Below, one piece after another: positions 60,324 to 64,000 of a DNA stretch of 64,000 nt. The notes beneath the pieces are model-generated. The model saw only the letters and a list, made by a program, of their open reading frames with translations, searched no databases and was not told the origin of the DNA. Positions within the stretch are counted from its first letter, which is position 1. Each line of letters begins with the position of its first letter. A program made the translations under genes and the position numbers. This stretch comes from Mustelus asterias. Taxonomy: Eukaryota. The stretch spans positions 121,396,001-121,460,000 of the forward strand of contig NC_135803.1 in the NCBI RefSeq assembly GCF_964213995.1, read 5' to 3'.

Positions 60324-60623
60324 GCAGTGGCAATAGTGGTTAGCACTGCTGCCTCACAGCTTCAGGGACCCAGGTTTGATTCCCGGCTTGGGTCACTGTC
60401 CGTGTGGAGTTTGCATGTTCTCCCTGTGACTGTATGAATTTCCTCCAGGTGCTCCGATTTCCTCCCACAATCCGAAGGATGTGCTGATTAAGTGCACTGG
60501 CTACGCTAAATTCTCCCTCAGAATACCCGAAAAGGCGCCGGAGTGTGGCGACTAGGGCATTTTCAGAGTAACTTCATTGCACTGTTAATGTAAGCCTACT
60601 TGTGACACTAATAAAATAAACTT
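60324..60623 (+). mobile_element. HE1-headed SINE with alternative tail, flanked by 68-bp direct repeats
   Basis: Same tail as 50643-50927; repeats at 60246-60313 and 60631-60698. Confidence 0.85.
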
Positions 60624-61369
60624 CAAAACCTAACAGATTATTTGATGAACCTCAAATTCATGCAAGGAATACTGTAAGATATATAACTTAAGTTTTCTTT
60701 TTAAAAAGCCCTCACCGCTAACTAAAATTTAAACAAAATCCTTCTAACATTTTGAGAAAACAACAGGACCACACTTTAAAAAATATATATTTTAGGTCCA
60801 TCGATAAAATAGATAACTGACTCTTTATATAATCGAGGAAGACAATGAATAGTAGTAGTTCCTGTGACCACCACCCACTCTAATCGCATCAAGGTCGTGG
60901 TGCATCCTGCCGGCTGCGGTTGTCAGAGGCAATGCACTGGAGATCTCAGGCGTACAAAGAGGAAATGATTATTGGGCTGGGAACTGGTAAATTATAAGGT
61001 GCCCTTGTGTCCAAGCGCTGGTTCGCGTAACGTATGAGCATTTCCTGCAATGCAAGACCTATTCAGAGAAAGTCAAGAGATAACGAACAAGTAAACAGTG
61101 TCCTTTGCCATTTTTATTTTGTCTCTTGGAGTTTTAATTACTTATGCATCTATGATCGTTAAAACCCTCGATCTGTTAAACCAAGTGCAATACATTCCTG
61201 AGAACTATAGACAGCACTGTAAAGAAAATGGCACTGTTTCAGATTTTAACCTTTTTTAAGTAGGTGAAATTAAGTTACTGGGGAAGAAAAGATGCTAAAG
61301 CTTATACAAAGTTCTTGATAATAAAGGAAATCCGTATTTTTTGACAGTGAGAGATAGTGGCAATAGCTA

Positions 61370-62027
61370 GCTGGGGGGCGGGAGGGGGGGCACAGAAAGT
61401 CTCACTTTAAATATTTGACTTGGTAAATCAAAACAGACAATTAACAATTGTCAAAAGTATCCACAGCTGAGATAGTTTTCTTGTTCCAGAGACTTGCATA
61501 CTGTTCTTGCATATTTCTGCACTTTTGATGCTGGAGAAGGAAGGTTCGTAAAAAAAGAGAGGGGGGGAAAAAAGTACCAGCGTTTGATTAGTATCCGCCC
61601 GACAAAGGCAGGCTGACATACCATTGGCCTCGATAAGGAGGAGAGGGGAGGTCTCTGGGAGACGTCAATGGTTTTCAGATTAGCAGGGTTGAAACTCTTG
61701 AGTCCGCCGAGCCGTCACCGCCCCCAACCACCTCCAACCACCCCCCACCCCCCCAAACTAAAAAAGATCAAATCCTCGAGTTCACAGGCACTGGGAGTAA
61801 TGTAAAAAAACTAGCCAGCACTGACTTTCCCCCCACTGTGTACCACCTCTTTTTACATTATGTTCTCTTACCTAATATTACGCCAACGCTTTCGGATGCT
61901 ACGTTCGCCAAGCACCGACTCTCACAGCACTGCTCAATCGAGGATAAATTGAATGAAAGATCCCGAGTGCTAAGTTACAGTGGTTCTGACCTGTGGTGAG
62001 GGCTCTCTTGGTGCACAGTCGCTAATC
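61370..62027 (+). promoter_or_regulatory. Putative ADAMTS9 proximal promoter / 5' UTR
   Basis: CpG-enriched and TE-free. GC boxes (61376-61381, 61595-61600, 61718-61723), inverted CCAAT (61623-61627), CRE-like GACGTCA (61661-61667). TSS not determinable. Confidence 0.55.
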
Positions 62028-62109
62028 ATGCATCTTGTGTTTTGGGTAGGGGTAACGTTACTTTTCGCCTGCAGTATAGAAGGAACACCAGAAATGTACC
62101 AAAGACAAG
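62028..62109 (+). CDS. ADAMTS9: ADAMTS9 coding exon 1 (signal peptide)
   Basis: MHLVFWVGVTLLFACSIEGTPEMYQRQ, a hydrophobic leader similar to human MQFVSW...HPRQ; phase-1 donor G|GTAAAT. Confidence 0.88.
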
Positions 62110-62298
62110 GTAAATACCTGATTGTATTGTGTACCGTGCATTATTTACCTTGCGTTGCAAAAAGAAAACTATTAAGCCTTTTTTAAAAAATAAAGGGAAC
62201 AGCATTTATCAAAGTGAATCGTCAATAATTCTACACATTTAGGCATGACTTTGTGGTAACGTCCCATGTGTTAAATCAAGATTTTTATCTTGTTTCAG

Positions 62299-62654
62299 CC
62301 AAACTACGAGAGCAGCTGACGGTCTATGAAATCGTGACTCCCACTCGAGTGAGTGAGTGTGGGGAACCTTTCCCAGACACCATGCATTTTAGAAGGAGAA
62401 AGCGAAGCGTAGACACCGATCACTGGGCCTCCGCAACCCACTACAGAATTAGTGCATTTGGGCAATTCTTTCACCTCAACCTGACCGCCGATTCTGGATT
62501 TATCGCGCCGATATTTACCGTTACACACCTTGGGATACAAGCTAATGTGACAGACTTTCACCAGGAGGACACTGACACGAAGCACTGCTACTACACAGGG
62601 CAGGTCAATGCTAAACCAGAGCACACAGCTGTGATCAGCCTCTGCTCAGGACTC
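62299..62654 (+). CDS. ADAMTS9: ADAMTS9 coding exon 2 (prodomain); the gene continues beyond the window
   Basis: Acceptor TTGTTTCAG|CC restores the phase (GCC). YEIVTPTRV..GEPFP, furin site RRRKR, HYRISAFGQ.F.LNLT, GFIAPIFTVT and EHTAVISLCSG are closer to ADAMTS9 than ADAMTS20 as recalled. Phase-0 donor GTAAGT. Confidence 0.92.
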
Positions 62655-64000
62655 GTAAGTAAGATTTTTAACCCTCGCCATGCTGAATTGTAACTTTTTT
62701 TGGGAGTTTCCAAATCACTGTTCTGTATAATAGTGGTGATTTTTTAAAAAAGAAAATAAGTTGTGTGTGTGTGTAAAGAGGGGGACACAGATGATATTTA
62801 AAGTCTGAATTTGGAAACATAACGATATTGATACAATTCCACACTGATTGCCAATGGGGAATGAAGTTTGGATTAAAAGTTCATCAGTGCTACAACGTGC
62901 TGACCATCCAGCCAGACCTCACTGGGAAACATAACGTACTCCTCTGGGTAATATGCGTAAGTCGTCATTCCAACCCCCCCCCCCCCCCCCCCCCATGAAA
63001 AACACCTTCAAGATAACTATCTCTAAATAAGGTTGGAATAGTGGTACAGAATAAGATTGCAGTTTGCTCAGTTCGCACGGTGGAACACGGGGCTTCGGAG
63101 ATCCTGGGAATAAGTTTTTTTTCCTCTCTCTGTTTGAGATCGACGTCAAGAGGGTAATAACTCCAGTTGAAAGACGCCTCTTTTACGTGTACACTCAGCA
63201 AAAGGCACCACCCCCACCACAACACTGAACTAAAAACCTACAGCGCCAAGGCGGAGTCAGCACTCTTTCTGGCCAAACCCACTTGATTTCCCGGTTTAAT
63301 TCTTCGCCCAGACTGATAGCTTGGGTTTAAGCAGATTTGCCCACAGCACTGAATTACTGGGGGGTGGTTTTGCTTTGTAAAGGTTTTTTTGTAAAAGTTT
63401 AAAGTCATGCACACCAAACATTCTTGACCTCAGCTGCATGTTACTAAACTTCAAAATGCACCCGAGTGGAGATGCTTGCTGAAACTTCTGCTGTATTTTA
63501 AAAATATATATACAGGGGCTGGGTTGCTTACAGTGCCTTGCCTGTAGATCCAGAAGCAACAGTTCCTGGACAAACCACCTTTTTTTGTTTCATTTGCTTA
63601 CCTCGTGTTCACTATTTGGGAGTGCTCTCCCCTTGAATTATTGGATGTGACGCCGCGACCCCAAAGTCTTTTTTTTTGTTTTGGTCACTTAAATCTCCAG
63701 TGTTGGAAACAGCGACAAGTTCTTGAGGGTTTTTTTTTGGTTGGGGGCAGAAGAGGGAAGAAGATTATCGGAGCAGTCTCCATTTTCATCTCACTATAAC
63801 CTGGATCGCCCGTATATAAGCAGACAGCAGCTAACCCCTTTAATTTATCAGCGTGACAGTTGTTTTGCTGGGTTGTGGGGCGGAGCTGGGTTCTTTGCTC
63901 AAGAAGGTACGGTCACTTTTCTTAAGGCGGTCGAGAATGCTACTTGTGCATCCCTTGGCATCTTTATGTCGAGCTAAAAAAACACAAACGTGCACCCTGG

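Noticed and set aside
61980-62027. GTG-initiated N-terminal extension of ADAMTS9, and ORF 62253 start
   Set aside because: The ORF track uses alternative starts and ignores splicing; the ATG at 62028 and the acceptor at 62298 fit the homologous protein.
62299-62654. ADAMTS20 assignment
   Set aside because: GEPFP, GFIAP.FTVT and EHTAVISLCSG match recalled ADAMTS9 rather than ADAMTS20.
1-64000. CRISPR arrays, operons or other prokaryotic systems
   Set aside because: The sequence is vertebrate genomic DNA; no regularly spaced repeat-spacer array or dense coding was seen.

Overview
Eukaryotic, repeat-rich DNA from a cartilaginous fish, most likely a shark: HE1 V-SINEs, a SacSINE1-like Deu-SINE and HER1/CR1 LINEs are all present, but the species cannot be determined from the sequence. 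About 61 kb is non-coding upstream region. It ends in the promoter and first two coding exons of ADAMTS9 (+ strand, 62028-62109 and 62299-62654). The upstream region is a nested transposon archive. It holds a near-intact Ty3/Gypsy element (36245-40946, 5-bp TSD), two solo LTRs, PIF/Harbinger relics with Myb/SANT genes and MITEs, and Penelope-like elements (PLEs). It also holds CR1, Rex1, L2, RTE and Tx1 LINE fragments and about 15 SINEs. Most notable observations: (1) a ~280-bp poly(A)-tailed retroposon with a TSD whose head is U2 snRNA nt 16-37 and which carries a second internal U2 mimic plus an octamer (SINEU/Keno-like); (2) several minimal hammerhead ribozyme motifs in PLE termini, one with a compensatory U3-A8 core; (3) a Gypsy element with a YLDN RT motif and no tRNA primer-binding site, which instead has a perfect 15-bp hairpin partner covering the 5' LTR poly(A) signal. 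All family assignments are by eye from recalled motifs; no database searches were run.
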